Part shown: in pieces, positions 18,864 through 28,841 of the stretch
Position numbering within the stretch: position 1 is the first letter of the stretch
Layout: each line of letters begins with the position of its first letter
Assembly (NCBI GenBank): GCA_963675525.2
Contig: CAXXSL010000016.1
Span: forward strand, 640,001-704,000
Source of the DNA: Anaerohalosphaeraceae bacterium
GTDB lineage: Bacteria > Planctomycetota > Phycisphaerae > Sedimentisphaerales > Anaerohalosphaeraceae
Reading direction: 5' to 3'
DNA: 64,000 nt
Position numbers and translations under genes: made by a program
Notes under the pieces: generated by a model
The model's input: only the letters and a program-made list of their open reading frames with translations
Told to the model about the DNA's origin: nothing
Databases searched by the model: none

Positions 18864-20081
18864 ATGAAAGAAAGCCCTATTGATTCCAGGAACGCGGGGC
18901 AGCGCAACGAAAAGATGATTCTGTCCATGCTGAGCAGTCACGGCAGTTTGTCACAGTCTCAACTTTGCGAACTGGCCGGTATCGGCAGTTCGACAGCCAG
19001 CACGATAGTCGCCAGGTTGCGGGAAAAAGGATTTGTCACCGAAACTCGCGGTACCAGTACAAACAGAGGCCCAAAACCGATCATTATCGAATTAAATCCC
19101 CAATGCCGCTTTCTTTTCGGAGTTGAGATCAACCCAAGTTATATCTTTGTCGGATTGTTCAATTTTACCGGCGAATTAAAGGACAAAATCCGCATCGCTC
19201 TCGGCGTTGACCATTCTGTCCAGCATGTAATCGACTTGCTGACGGTCAACATTCCGGGGCTGTTACATCGCAACAGAATCGAGCCGTCCAAAGTGCTCGG
19301 GGTCGGCATAACGCTTAGCGGCTCAGTTCTGTCCGACGGCTGGATCTCTCTTTCCAGCCCTATGGGATGGAAAAATGTTTCGTTAAAAGAGAGGCTTGAA
19401 CTTTTTTTCACCTTTCCTGTTTTTGTTTACAGCAATCGTGTACGCCTGCTCGCAGAGTTTGCCTTGAATCCTGAACTGGAATCAAAAACAATTCTTTACC
19501 TCAATATCGCTGACGGTGTCGGATCAACGATTTATATGAATGGCAAATTGATCTTTGGCGCTACCGGTCGTTACGGTGAAATCGGTCACATTGTGATCGA
19601 GCCGGACGGCCCTGCCTGTGGGTGCGGCAACAAAGGGTGCCTGGAAGCAATCATCTCGGGGCCCGCTTTGGTGTCTAAAATACAGCAAGACCTGAAAACC
19701 AAAGACGCTGTTTGCTTTGCCCCTCAGTTTGAAAATGGAGTACCCACCTGCCCTCCCGAGGAAATCATCTCTTACTGTTCAACATATGCCAAACAGGGCG
19801 ATACGTATGCGGCTTTTCTCCGGGATCTTGTTACAGCTCATTTCAGCAGGGTGACGGCAACTCTCATTAACTGCTTTGACCCGGATGTCGTTATTCTTGC
19901 CGGTTATGTTTCCAGTTCCTTTTATGAACATTTAGCTCAAAGAATCCTCGACCGCATTAAGACCACTGTTTACGAAAGCAATCTGCGAAAAATCCAAATC
20001 ATTCCTGCTCGCGCAGGCAGCGATGCGCTGATCAAGGGGGTGGCAAATGCCGTCCTCCAGGACGCCACTGAGTTCAGATAG
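18864..20081 (+). CDS. ROK-family transcriptional regulator
   Basis: N-terminal HTH, RGPKP, and GEIGH...CGCGNKGCLE. Confidence 0.93.
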   Translation: MKESPIDSRNAGQRNEKMILSMLSSHGSLSQSQLCELAGIGSSTASTIVARLREKGFVTETRGTSTNRGPKPIIIELNPQCRFLFGVEINPSYIFVGLFNFTGELKDKIRIALGVDHSVQHVIDLLTVNIPGLLHRNRIEPSKVLGVGITLSGSVLSDGWISLSSPMGWKNVSLKERLELFFTFPVFVYSNRVRLLAEFALNPELESKTILYLNIADGVGSTIYMNGKLIFGATGRYGEIGHIVIEPDGPACGCGNKGCLEAIISGPALVSKIQQDLKTKDAVCFAPQFENGVPTCPPEEIISYCSTYAKQGDTYAAFLRDLVTAHFSRVTATLINCFDPDVVILAGYVSSSFYEHLAQRILDRIKTTVYESNLRKIQIIPARAGSDALIKGVANAVLQDATEFR

Positions 20082-20144
20082 CAATCAGCGCAAAAACAGG
20101 GCACCCCGGTTGACAATAGAAACAATAGATCCGGATAAAGCTGA

Positions 20145-21509
20145 CTATTCGGAATCAGACTTATGACCGTAGATACTTTCGTTCCATTTCTCAATAGATT
20201 GTTCGACTTCCTGCGCTTTTAATTGCCCTGTTTTGACCGGCAGCCAAAGCGATACCCTCGGAACATAAGTAATCACCATTAAAGCAACGGCCATAGCTCC
20301 GAAAAACGGCAGCATGTACTTGGTCACCTTGGCAATGGTTGTTTTTCCGACACCGCAGCCGATAAACAGACACGTTCCCACAGGCGGCGTACACAGGCCA
20401 ATGCACAGATTGGCGATCAGCATGATACCAAAATGAATTTGATGCATCCCCAGTAATTGCACGACCGGCAGGAAAATCGGCGTAAAGATCAATACCGCCG
20501 GCGTCATATCCATAAACGTTCCAACAAACAGCAGCAGCAGATTGATGGTCAACAGGATAACGATTGGGTTGTCCGACAAGTTAATCAGTGCACTGCTGAC
20601 TGTCTGGGGAATATTGGCCATGGTCATGATCCAGCTCATGCCCGAACTGGCCCCGATCAACAGCATGACAACTGCGGTCGTAATACCCGTCTGCTTGAGA
20701 ATGTCCGGTATATCTTTCAGTTTGATTTCGCGGTAGATCACAACGGTCAGCAGATAGGAATAAAGGACCGCCACTGCAGCGGCTTCCGTTGCGGTAAAAA
20801 ATCCGATGAGAATCCCGCCGATGACAATGATGATCAGCAGCAGGCTCATAATGGCATTGACAAAAGATAGACATGCCTGCTTAAATGACACGCGCTCGCC
20901 GGCACCGTATTTATTGCGAAATGCAAAATACCCGCACACCACCATAATAAACAACCCCGTGATGATTCCGGGCAAAACCCCGGCCATAAACATCGCCGCG
21001 ATGGAAACACTTCCGGCGGCGACGGAATAAACAATCATGATGTTGCTCGGCGGAATCAGCAGGCCTGTTGTTGCCGCCGTGGTGGTCACCGCCACATTGA
21101 ATTCACGATTGTATCCCATGCGGTTCATTTCGGGAATCATAAACCCGCCGACCGATGAAACCGCGGCGGAGGCAGAACCGGAAATAGAGCCGAACATCAT
21201 GCACGTCAGCGTGTTCACATACGCCAGCCCCCCGGGGAGCATGCCGACCAGAGAATTGGCGAAATCAATCAGTCGCCGGGCCATTCCGCCGCGGCCCATC
21301 AAATGGCCGGACAGGATAAAAAACGGAATCGCCAGCAGCGCAAAACTGTTGACACCGTTGGCCATTTTCGACGCCAGCATGACAGACGGGTCCATCCCGT
21401 TTGACATGATCGCCACGAAGGCGGCCACTGCAATCGCCACCGCAATCGGAACATTGATCACTAAAAGCAATACAAAAACCAACACCAAAACCAGAGCAAC
21501 AGCACCCAT
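20145..21509 (-). CDS. dctM: TRAP transporter large permease
   Basis: LLAIPFFIL, FGSISGSA, LIPPS, FTATEA and TPPVG. Confidence 0.95.
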   Translation of the reverse strand: MGAVALVLVLVFVLLLVINVPIAVAIAVAAFVAIMSNGMDPSVMLASKMANGVNSFALLAIPFFILSGHLMGRGGMARRLIDFANSLVGMLPGGLAYVNTLTCMMFGSISGSASAAVSSVGGFMIPEMNRMGYNREFNVAVTTTAATTGLLIPPSNIMIVYSVAAGSVSIAAMFMAGVLPGIITGLFIMVVCGYFAFRNKYGAGERVSFKQACLSFVNAIMSLLLIIIVIGGILIGFFTATEAAAVAVLYSYLLTVVIYREIKLKDIPDILKQTGITTAVVMLLIGASSGMSWIMTMANIPQTVSSALINLSDNPIVILLTINLLLLFVGTFMDMTPAVLIFTPIFLPVVQLLGMHQIHFGIMLIANLCIGLCTPPVGTCLFIGCGVGKTTIAKVTKYMLPFFGAMAVALMVITYVPRVSLWLPVKTGQLKAQEVEQSIEKWNESIYGHKSDSE

Positions 21510-22078
21510 TAGTTATCCTCCTTTTGGGATTCAGTCGACAACAGCGTTTCCAGCATTTGCTCAACCGTGAAGAGAATCATAAAAACACCCGCGATCGGAA
21601 GCGCCAGATAAACATGCCCCATTTTCAGACCGATCTGCGGTCCCAGTGCCGGGGCAATCTGCTCCATATTATTCATGGCAATATTGGTACCGCCAACAAT
21701 GAAAATCGATATAGCAAAAAACAGCACCACCAACTGCCCGACAATCGTAATGAACTTTTGGGCCCCCCGGTCGAATTTGCCCACAAAATAATCGACTCCC
21801 AAATGGGCCTTTTCGCCAAATGCAACCGCCCCGCCCAACAGCGAAACCCACACCAGCAAAAAGCGGGCTATTTCTTCGCTGTACTTATCCTGACCACGCG
21901 GCATAAATGACCAGGCTTCAATACCTCTTGACGACAGCCATGCCACTAAGCTTCCGCTGCCTCGTGTCAGCACGCCCCACAGTACATCGAGCACCAGTAC
22001 CAGCACGGCCAGAATCAGCGCTGTCTCCAGCAGGCGGCACAGGACGATCCGACTTTTTTTCAGCACATTGGCAGACAT
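21509..22078 (-). CDS. dctQ: TRAP transporter small permease
   Basis: SEEIARFLLVW...HLGVD; 4 TM; between dctP and dctM. Confidence 0.92.
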   Translation of the reverse strand: MSANVLKKSRIVLCRLLETALILAVLVLVLDVLWGVLTRGSGSLVAWLSSRGIEAWSFMPRGQDKYSEEIARFLLVWVSLLGGAVAFGEKAHLGVDYFVGKFDRGAQKFITIVGQLVVLFFAISIFIVGGTNIAMNNMEQIAPALGPQIGLKMGHVYLALPIAGVFMILFTVEQMLETLLSTESQKEDN

Positions 22079-23094
22079 TATTTTACCTCACGGATTTGAG
22101 TGACTAATTCCTTAATCGTTTCATCTTTAATCGCATCATACATGGGCTGAACCTTTGCCGAGAAAAGGGTTTGGTCCACTTCATAAATCGTCACGCCTTC
22201 GGCTTTCGCCTCCTCAAGCGACTCGATTGTCTTTTTACGCCATAATTCCCGCTGAAAAACGGAAGACTCGTCAGCGGCCTGTTGCACCCACTGCTGAACC
22301 TGCGGACTGAGCGTGTCCCACGTTTTGGTGCCAATCAGCAGGATATCCGGAACGCGCGTGTGCGCGTCGAGGGAAAAATGCTTACATACTTCATAGTGCT
22401 TATTGGTGGTGAAACTGGGCGGATTGTTTTCTGCGCCATCGACAGTCCCCTGTGCCAGTGAACTGTAAAGTTCGCCCCATGCAATCGGCGTCGGCGCCGC
22501 TCCCAATGCCTCCACCATATCCATGGCCGTCCGGCTATTCATCACACGAATTTTCAACCCTTTTAAATCATCGGGCGTACGAATGGGTTTGTCTTTGGTG
22601 TAAAAGTTTCGACTGCCGGAATCATAATAGCACAAGCCCCGAAGAAATTGCTCATTGCCTTTTTGGAGTAAGGACCGGCCAAGATCGCTGTCGAGGACAT
22701 GCCAGTAATGCTCTTCATTTCGGAAAAGATACGGCAGGCCAAACACCGCCATTTCAGGGACAAAGTTCTCAATTGAGGCCGCGGACGTTTTGGTCATCGC
22801 CAATGACCCGCTCTGTAACTGCTCAATACACTCCACCTCTGAACCAAGTACACTGCTGGGATAGATATCGATGGTAACCTGGCCGCTGGAGATTTCCTCC
22901 AGCCGTGTTTTCATGAATTCCATCGCCTTGTGAACCGGGTGCGTGGTGTCCAGACAGTGCCCCAGCTTCAACATCACCTGCCCCTGATAAGACGCCGAAC
23001 CCCGGGTGGCCCGCAGGAACCAGGCAAACCCGCACGTTGCGATCAGGGCGCCGATCAGCATCCCGCATACTAAGAACGAGACTTCTTTTTTCAT
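22078..23094 (-). CDS. dctP: TRAP transporter substrate-binding protein (uronate-type)
   Basis: DLKGLKIRV, PIAWGELY and VDGAENN; GGAG RBS before MKKEV. Confidence 0.93.
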   Translation of the reverse strand: MKKEVSFLVCGMLIGALIATCGFAWFLRATRGSASYQGQVMLKLGHCLDTTHPVHKAMEFMKTRLEEISSGQVTIDIYPSSVLGSEVECIEQLQSGSLAMTKTSAASIENFVPEMAVFGLPYLFRNEEHYWHVLDSDLGRSLLQKGNEQFLRGLCYYDSGSRNFYTKDKPIRTPDDLKGLKIRVMNSRTAMDMVEALGAAPTPIAWGELYSSLAQGTVDGAENNPPSFTTNKHYEVCKHFSLDAHTRVPDILLIGTKTWDTLSPQVQQWVQQAADESSVFQRELWRKKTIESLEEAKAEGVTIYEVDQTLFSAKVQPMYDAIKDETIKELVTQIREVK

Positions 23095-23158
23095 CTTTAT
23101 CTCCATAAAATTGAATTCGCATCACAGTCAATACGGTATCATATTGCCATGAAATATC

Positions 23159-24190
23159 TTACAGTGTTTTGACCGTTTTGACAAATACATTTATATTTTC
23201 TGTCGTCACGTCCTGCGGCATCCCTCCGCCGCATGACAACAGAACCCGGCTTAGATCGTCCAGGTCTTCCACGGATTTCAGGACCGCTTCTTTAACATCT
23301 TCAGGCGTCCCTTCTTTCATGACATCTCGCGGCGGAATATTGCCAAGCAATGCCACCTTGCCGCCGGTCAACTCCTTCATTTGCCCAATACGGTGTTCAA
23401 AGCTGTAATTAAAGAGGTTGATACCCATTTCAGACAGGTACGGAGCGCTGACAAGTCCGGCCGCATCGTTATGCAGAAAATTCACTTTTTGATTAAACGT
23501 GGCGTAGATTTTCTTGAAATAGGGAACAACGTATTCCTTGCATTGTTCGTCTCCAACAAAACCAATGATATCGTCGAGCAACAAAATTCCTTCGATCGTT
23601 GGAAATTGCTCTATCTGGTAGCCAATCCAATCCACCAAAAAATCCGTGATAAGATCGATCAGCTTGTGACATTTCTCCTGCTCCATCATCATTGCCATCA
23701 TCAGTTCGGTCGTCCCCAACAGGAAAGAGGCGATATTCAGAGGGCCTCTGGCAACCGCAAACTTGATGTGATGGCCCATCGCTTCGATTTGCGGTTGTGT
23801 GTGTCGCAGACGATTGATCACAAAGGGCAGTAACCCGTCTTTCCGGACATTCGGCTTGGCCATTTGACTTAGTACATTTATATCGGAAGAGATCTTTTCA
23901 GCATGTGGAAGATTTACTTCTTCCCAGCGGCATTTTGCGCCAAAAGCACTGGGTTCGGTACACATCCCGTATTCGGACCAGAAACCGGGGAGGAACATTG
24001 TATCCGGAAATGCTTCGATCGCTTTTTTATTGGCTTCGAACCAAAGCCGGTCGCTGGTGTAATAATCCAGCGTACTGATGCCATACCAGCCCGGAAGCCA
24101 GGGGCTGTCGATGATAAAACCGGTCGCAGCCGGAGAGACTTGCTTGCCCGCTATCACATCCAATAGTAATTGCCATTGAAAATCGTTCAT
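23159..24190 (-). CDS. Uroporphyrinogen decarboxylase / MtaA-CmuA superfamily protein of unknown function
   Basis: GP..A..L.G, DD, LLGNIPP...GTPEDV and LSCGGGMP TIM-barrel features; lacks the HemE RQAGR motif. Confidence 0.8.
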   Translation of the reverse strand: MNDFQWQLLLDVIAGKQVSPAATGFIIDSPWLPGWYGISTLDYYTSDRLWFEANKKAIEAFPDTMFLPGFWSEYGMCTEPSAFGAKCRWEEVNLPHAEKISSDINVLSQMAKPNVRKDGLLPFVINRLRHTQPQIEAMGHHIKFAVARGPLNIASFLLGTTELMMAMMMEQEKCHKLIDLITDFLVDWIGYQIEQFPTIEGILLLDDIIGFVGDEQCKEYVVPYFKKIYATFNQKVNFLHNDAAGLVSAPYLSEMGINLFNYSFEHRIGQMKELTGGKVALLGNIPPRDVMKEGTPEDVKEAVLKSVEDLDDLSRVLLSCGGGMPQDVTTENINVFVKTVKTL

Positions 24191-24237
24191 TCCTTACCTT
24201 CCAAACACCTTTTAATCCTGACTGGTTTATAAACAGT

Positions 24238-24915
24238 TTATTTTTTATTTCTGATCTGTGCGATCATCTCGATCGTTTCTTTAACTTTGTTTGTCAGGTC
24301 GGCATAATTATTTGAAGCAACCAGTTCTTTTGTGATCAGCTTGGAACCGATCCCGGCACAAGCGATTCCCGCGGTGAACCATTCGGTCAGGCTTTCCTGT
24401 GTCGGCGAGACGCCGCCGGTCGGCATTAATTCCGTCCACGGCATCGGACCTTTAACCGCCTTGACAAAAGCCGGGCCACCGACCTGGGCACCGGGGAAAA
24501 TTTTGCATATCTCCACGCCAAGAAGATGGGCCTGGTGAATTTCAGTAACCGTTCCGCACCCCGGCGAATAGGGAATTTTTCGAGCATTGCAAACTCTGGC
24601 TGTTGGTTCATCCAGAAGCGGACCCACAACAAAATCAGCGCCGGCGTTAATATACATCGCAGCCGTCGACGCATCACAGATCGACCCGACACCCAGGATC
24701 ATATCGACACGCTCTGTATCTCTGAATTGTGCCAATTGCCTAAACACATCGATCGCCCGGTCACCGCGATTGGTAAACTCAATCGCTCTGGCACCGCCAT
24801 CAGCACAGGCGCAAGCGATCTTTTTGACAATATCAAAATCCGCATTGTAAAAAACCGGCACCAAACCGATTGCCTTCATTGTCGAGACCGTTTCAAGACG
24901 TGAATAGTGAGCCAT
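24238..24915 (-). CDS. eda: KDPG/KHG aldolase
   Basis: IEFTNR, GADFVVGP, PGCGTVTEI, KIFP and MPTGGV. Confidence 0.93.
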   Translation of the reverse strand: MAHYSRLETVSTMKAIGLVPVFYNADFDIVKKIACACADGGARAIEFTNRGDRAIDVFRQLAQFRDTERVDMILGVGSICDASTAAMYINAGADFVVGPLLDEPTARVCNARKIPYSPGCGTVTEIHQAHLLGVEICKIFPGAQVGGPAFVKAVKGPMPWTELMPTGGVSPTQESLTEWFTAGIACAGIGSKLITKELVASNNYADLTNKVKETIEMIAQIRNKK

Positions 24916-24951
24916 TTTAGTCCATCCTCTTAAGGTTTTTTTTATTACCAT

Positions 24952-26052
24952 TTATCGGGCAATGCGGGCCGTTCCGCCTTTTAAAATACGTTCTACCTCT
25001 TTCAGGCTCGCCGTTGTGGTGTCTCCGGCGGTTGTCATTGCCAGGGCACCATGCGCCGCACCGTAATTGACCGCTTCGGCGGGAGATTTTCCTTCCATCA
25101 GCCCATAGATCAGCCCGGAGGCAAAACTGTCGCCGCCGCCAACGCGGTCGAGAATTTCCAGATCTTCCCGAAGCACCGCATCGTAAAATTCACCGTCGGC
25201 ATAGAGCACCGCACCCCAGTCATTTTTTGTGGCGGTTTTGGCATTTCGCAGTGTCGTCGCCACCGCCTTAAAATTCGGGAATTCCTTCACCACCTGAGCG
25301 ATCATTTTTTTGAAATTGCTTGGGTCCAGTTTCGAACAACCTTCGTCCAGTCCCGGCACTTCAAAACCCAGGGCGGCTGAAAAGTCTTCTTCGTTGCCGA
25401 TCATCACATCCACCAATGGTGCAATTGCGCGGTTGACTTCCATTGCTTTTTCTTTGCCGCCGATATCTTTCCACAACGATGCACGGTAGTTCAAATCGTA
25501 AGACGTGATTGTGCCATGCTTTTTGGCAACTATCAATGCCTCAATAACAGCATCCGGCGTGGTTTCCGATAACCCCGCAAAAATACCGCCGGTATGGAAC
25601 CAGCGAGCACCATCTTGACCGAAAATTTTCTCCCAGTCAACATCGCCTTTTTTGATCTGCGAGGCGGCACTGTTGGCACGATCTGAACACCCAACCGCCG
25701 CACGAACACCGTATCCCCGCTCCGTAAAGTTCAAGCCGATGCGGCTTTTTCGGCCAATACCGTCAAACGGGGCCCACTTGATGTACTCCAGGCTTACACC
25801 CCCCTGATACAGTAAATCCTCAAGCAGTCTACCGACAGGGTTATCGACGATAGCGGTCACCACGGCTGCGCGTTTGCCGAAACAGCGTTTCAGGCCGCGA
25901 GCGACATTATACTCCCCGCCCCCTTCCCAAACGTTGAAGGTGCGGGTTGTATGGATGCGTGCCTCGCCCGGGTCCAGACGGAGCATGACTTCGCCCAGCG
26001 AAAGAATATCATACTTGCTTTCGGATTCGGCTCTTAGATTCAGAACAGGCAT
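24952..26052 (-). CDS. kdgK: 2-keto-3-deoxygluconate kinase
   Basis: GEVMLRL, GGGEYNVA, YDLNYR and DRVGGGDSFASG; adjacent to eda. Confidence 0.9.
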   Translation of the reverse strand: MPVLNLRAESESKYDILSLGEVMLRLDPGEARIHTTRTFNVWEGGGEYNVARGLKRCFGKRAAVVTAIVDNPVGRLLEDLLYQGGVSLEYIKWAPFDGIGRKSRIGLNFTERGYGVRAAVGCSDRANSAASQIKKGDVDWEKIFGQDGARWFHTGGIFAGLSETTPDAVIEALIVAKKHGTITSYDLNYRASLWKDIGGKEKAMEVNRAIAPLVDVMIGNEEDFSAALGFEVPGLDEGCSKLDPSNFKKMIAQVVKEFPNFKAVATTLRNAKTATKNDWGAVLYADGEFYDAVLREDLEILDRVGGGDSFASGLIYGLMEGKSPAEAVNYGAAHGALAMTTAGDTTTASLKEVERILKGGTARIAR

Positions 26053-26066
26053 CGCTTTCTCCTCTG

Positions 26067-27167
26067 TTAATCATCCATTCGTTCGGCGGCCAGCCACAGA
26101 AGCGGGGCCTGCCCGTGAAAATCACCCAGCGTACGCGAACGTTTCAAATAAAATTCAATGTCATCGGTTTGCCCGGTACCAATACAAATCTCCCGCACAT
26201 TTCCTTTGCGGTCAACATGGGCGCACAGCGCCTTCCATGCCATCTCGACAGCGGGCTCATAGTCCTTTTTATCGAGCCAGCCGTTATCAACCCCCACGGC
26301 CATCGCATACGAAAACATCGCCGTACAGGAACTTTCCGCCCAGGAATATTCATAATCGATCAATTGACGCCACATGCCGTTATCCGACTGGTATTTCAGC
26401 AGTGCGGCCATCATTTTCTTGTACCCGTCCATCAACGCCGGGCGCAGTTTATGGTCGGCCGGCAACGATTTTAAAACTTCCGCCATGGACGACGCCACCC
26501 ATCCGTTTCCGCGGCCCCAATGATAATGAAATTTCGGTCCATGATAAAACAAGCCGTTTGGCTGCTGCAATTTCTTGATATAAGCGGTCAGTTGAAGAGC
26601 CGCCCGGTCTGCATACTTGATGTCTTTAGTTGCACGGTAGGCCTGTATCTGCAGCATTCCGACCATGTACATGTCATCAATCCACCAGCGGGTTTGCGAT
26701 GTCAGGCCGTCTTCCTGCGTATTTTCCCACTGGCTGTCAGCGAACGTTAGTCCCAAATCCAGAAACCGCTTGTCGCCGTTGTAAAGGTAAATCTGAAACG
26801 GCACGATTCCTTCTACATTGTGATCGACATGCGAATGCCGGGAGATCAAAATGCTGTCGGTCTCAAGAAATTTTTCGTAGCGGGCAACAATTTTATCTGC
26901 GAGTTCCTTATCGCCAACCTTTTCCGCAAATCGCAAGGCACCCACACCCGTACATGCCTCGGCATAGTGCAGACCGCTATTACCATACAGCATATAATCG
27001 CGAGACAGCAAGTTTTCAACCAGCATCTTGCCGATTGTCACTGTATCACATTTCTGCACATCATCCAGCTTTGTACCTTTCATATTTTCGCTCGACATCT
27101 TCGCGTTCGATGAACAGGAAGTCACAAAGCATAACAACACCGCCAGTAAAGGAAATATCTTTTTCAT
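26067..27167 (-). CDS. GH105/GH88-type unsaturated uronyl hydrolase, lipoprotein
   Basis: Lipobox VTSC; WIDDMYM, WGRGNGW and ESSCTAMF. Confidence 0.9.
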   Translation of the reverse strand: MKKIFPLLAVLLCFVTSCSSNAKMSSENMKGTKLDDVQKCDTVTIGKMLVENLLSRDYMLYGNSGLHYAEACTGVGALRFAEKVGDKELADKIVARYEKFLETDSILISRHSHVDHNVEGIVPFQIYLYNGDKRFLDLGLTFADSQWENTQEDGLTSQTRWWIDDMYMVGMLQIQAYRATKDIKYADRAALQLTAYIKKLQQPNGLFYHGPKFHYHWGRGNGWVASSMAEVLKSLPADHKLRPALMDGYKKMMAALLKYQSDNGMWRQLIDYEYSWAESSCTAMFSYAMAVGVDNGWLDKKDYEPAVEMAWKALCAHVDRKGNVREICIGTGQTDDIEFYLKRSRTLGDFHGQAPLLWLAAERMDD

Positions 27168-27206
27168 GATGTTTACCCCTTAAAAATTCTTAAAAAGTTT
27201 CAATAT

Positions 27207-27968
27207 TTATCGTGCGAGCCAGCCGCCGTCAATGGCGATGGTATAACCCTGCATATAATCGGATGCGGCTGAGGCAAGGAAAACCGCCGCCCCTTTTAAA
27301 TCTTCCGGAGTCCCCCACCGTCCGGCGGGAATACGATCCAGAATCGCTTTGTTACGAACCGGATCTTCACGCAACGCCGTTGTGTTATCCGTCGCCATAT
27401 AGCCCGGTGCAATCGCGTTGACATTAACATTGTAGGCGCCCAGTTCGTTGGCCAGCAGACGCGTCAGTCCCATGACCGCACTTTTCGAAGCCGTGTACGA
27501 CGGCACAAAAATCCCGCCCTGAAAGCTGAGCATCGACGCGGTATTGACAATTTTTCCGCCGCGGCCCTGCTTGATGAATACTTTTCCGACAGCCTGACTG
27601 AGGAAAAACAATGTCCGGATGTTAATGTTCATCACATCGTCCCAATCCTTTTCAGTAAACTCGGTAATCGGCGCCCGACGGATGATGCCGGCGTTGTTGA
27701 ACAGAATATCGATACCGCCCATCTGTTCAACGGTGGCATTAACAATTGTTTCAACCGATTCTTTTTTGCTCAGATCAGCGGTAATTGTGATGCATTTTCG
27801 ACCCAGCTTTTCAACTTGCGCCTTGCTTTCGGCCATATCGAGGATGTCGACCAGTGCGATATCGGCACCGGCTTCGGCAAGCCCGATGGCCATGCCCTGG
27901 CCGAGACCGCGAGAGCCACCGGTCACAATGGCAATTTTGCCGTCCAATTTGAATTGATCTAAAATCAT
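27207..27968 (-). CDS. kduD: 2-dehydro-3-deoxy-D-gluconate 5-dehydrogenase
   Basis: TGGSRGLG, ASMLSFQGG, YTASKS and DGGWLAR. Confidence 0.95.
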   Translation of the reverse strand: MILDQFKLDGKIAIVTGGSRGLGQGMAIGLAEAGADIALVDILDMAESKAQVEKLGRKCITITADLSKKESVETIVNATVEQMGGIDILFNNAGIIRRAPITEFTEKDWDDVMNINIRTLFFLSQAVGKVFIKQGRGGKIVNTASMLSFQGGIFVPSYTASKSAVMGLTRLLANELGAYNVNVNAIAPGYMATDNTTALREDPVRNKAILDRIPAGRWGTPEDLKGAAVFLASAASDYMQGYTIAIDGGWLAR

Positions 27969-27985
27969 AATACACTCCCCTTTTA

Positions 27986-28816
27986 TTATTTAATATCATC
28001 CATGGTTAAGTGGTCCATATCGTTAAAGGCTTGATTCTCGCCGCCCATGCCCCAGCAAAATGTATAAGCCGCGGTTCCAACGCCGGCGTGAATCGACCAA
28101 CTGGGCGAGATGACGGCCTGTCCGTTTGCGACCGCAATATGGCGTGTTTCATCCGGCTTGCCCATATAATGGAATACGCGGGCATCAGCGGGCACATTAA
28201 AGTACATATAGACTTCCATCCGGCGCTCATGCGTATGCGGCGGCATGGTGTTCCATACACAGCCCGGTTCCAGAATCGTAAAACCCATCACCAACTGACA
28301 ACTTTCAGCACCGTCCGGATGAATACATTTGTAGATGGTGCGCTTGTTGGAGGCTTCGACGGAACCTAACTGTACCGGAGTGGCCTGCCCGATTTGTACA
28401 TGTTTCGTTGGATAGTCCTTATGGGCCGGATAGCTGAGCAGATAGTATTTGGCGGGAGTGGTGGAATTGTCACTGGAAAACTGAATTTCCTTTGAGCCGC
28501 GTCCCACATATAAACAATCCAGGTTGCCCATTTTGTACGATTGTCCGTCCACCGTGACGGTGCCCGCCTGACCGATGTTCAAAACACCCAGTTCCCGACG
28601 CTGGCAAAAGAAATCGGCACGAAGTTCATCGGCCGATGTCAGCGCCAACGGCTTGGCGGCAGGAACGGCAGAGCCAACAATGACACGATCCACATCGGCG
28701 TAAAGCATTTCAATTGTATTCAACTGAAAAAGCGATTCGATTAAAAAACTGTCACGCACTTCCTGCGTGGTCATGCGGCAAAACCGTACAGAGTCCGGTG
28801 AATATCTGACTTCCAT
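27986..28816 (-). CDS. kduI: 5-keto-4-deoxyuronate isomerase
   Basis: RRELG, WNTMPPHTHERRMEVY, SPSWSIH and MGGENQ. Confidence 0.96.
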   Translation of the reverse strand: MEVRYSPDSVRFCRMTTQEVRDSFLIESLFQLNTIEMLYADVDRVIVGSAVPAAKPLALTSADELRADFFCQRRELGVLNIGQAGTVTVDGQSYKMGNLDCLYVGRGSKEIQFSSDNSTTPAKYYLLSYPAHKDYPTKHVQIGQATPVQLGSVEASNKRTIYKCIHPDGAESCQLVMGFTILEPGCVWNTMPPHTHERRMEVYMYFNVPADARVFHYMGKPDETRHIAVANGQAVISPSWSIHAGVGTAAYTFCWGMGGENQAFNDMDHLTMDDIK

Positions 28817-28841
28817 TGGAATACTCCCTTGTTTAAATCAT

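Noticed and set aside
23159..24190. hemE assignment
   Set aside because: Lacks the RQAGR motif and has no tetrapyrrole gene context
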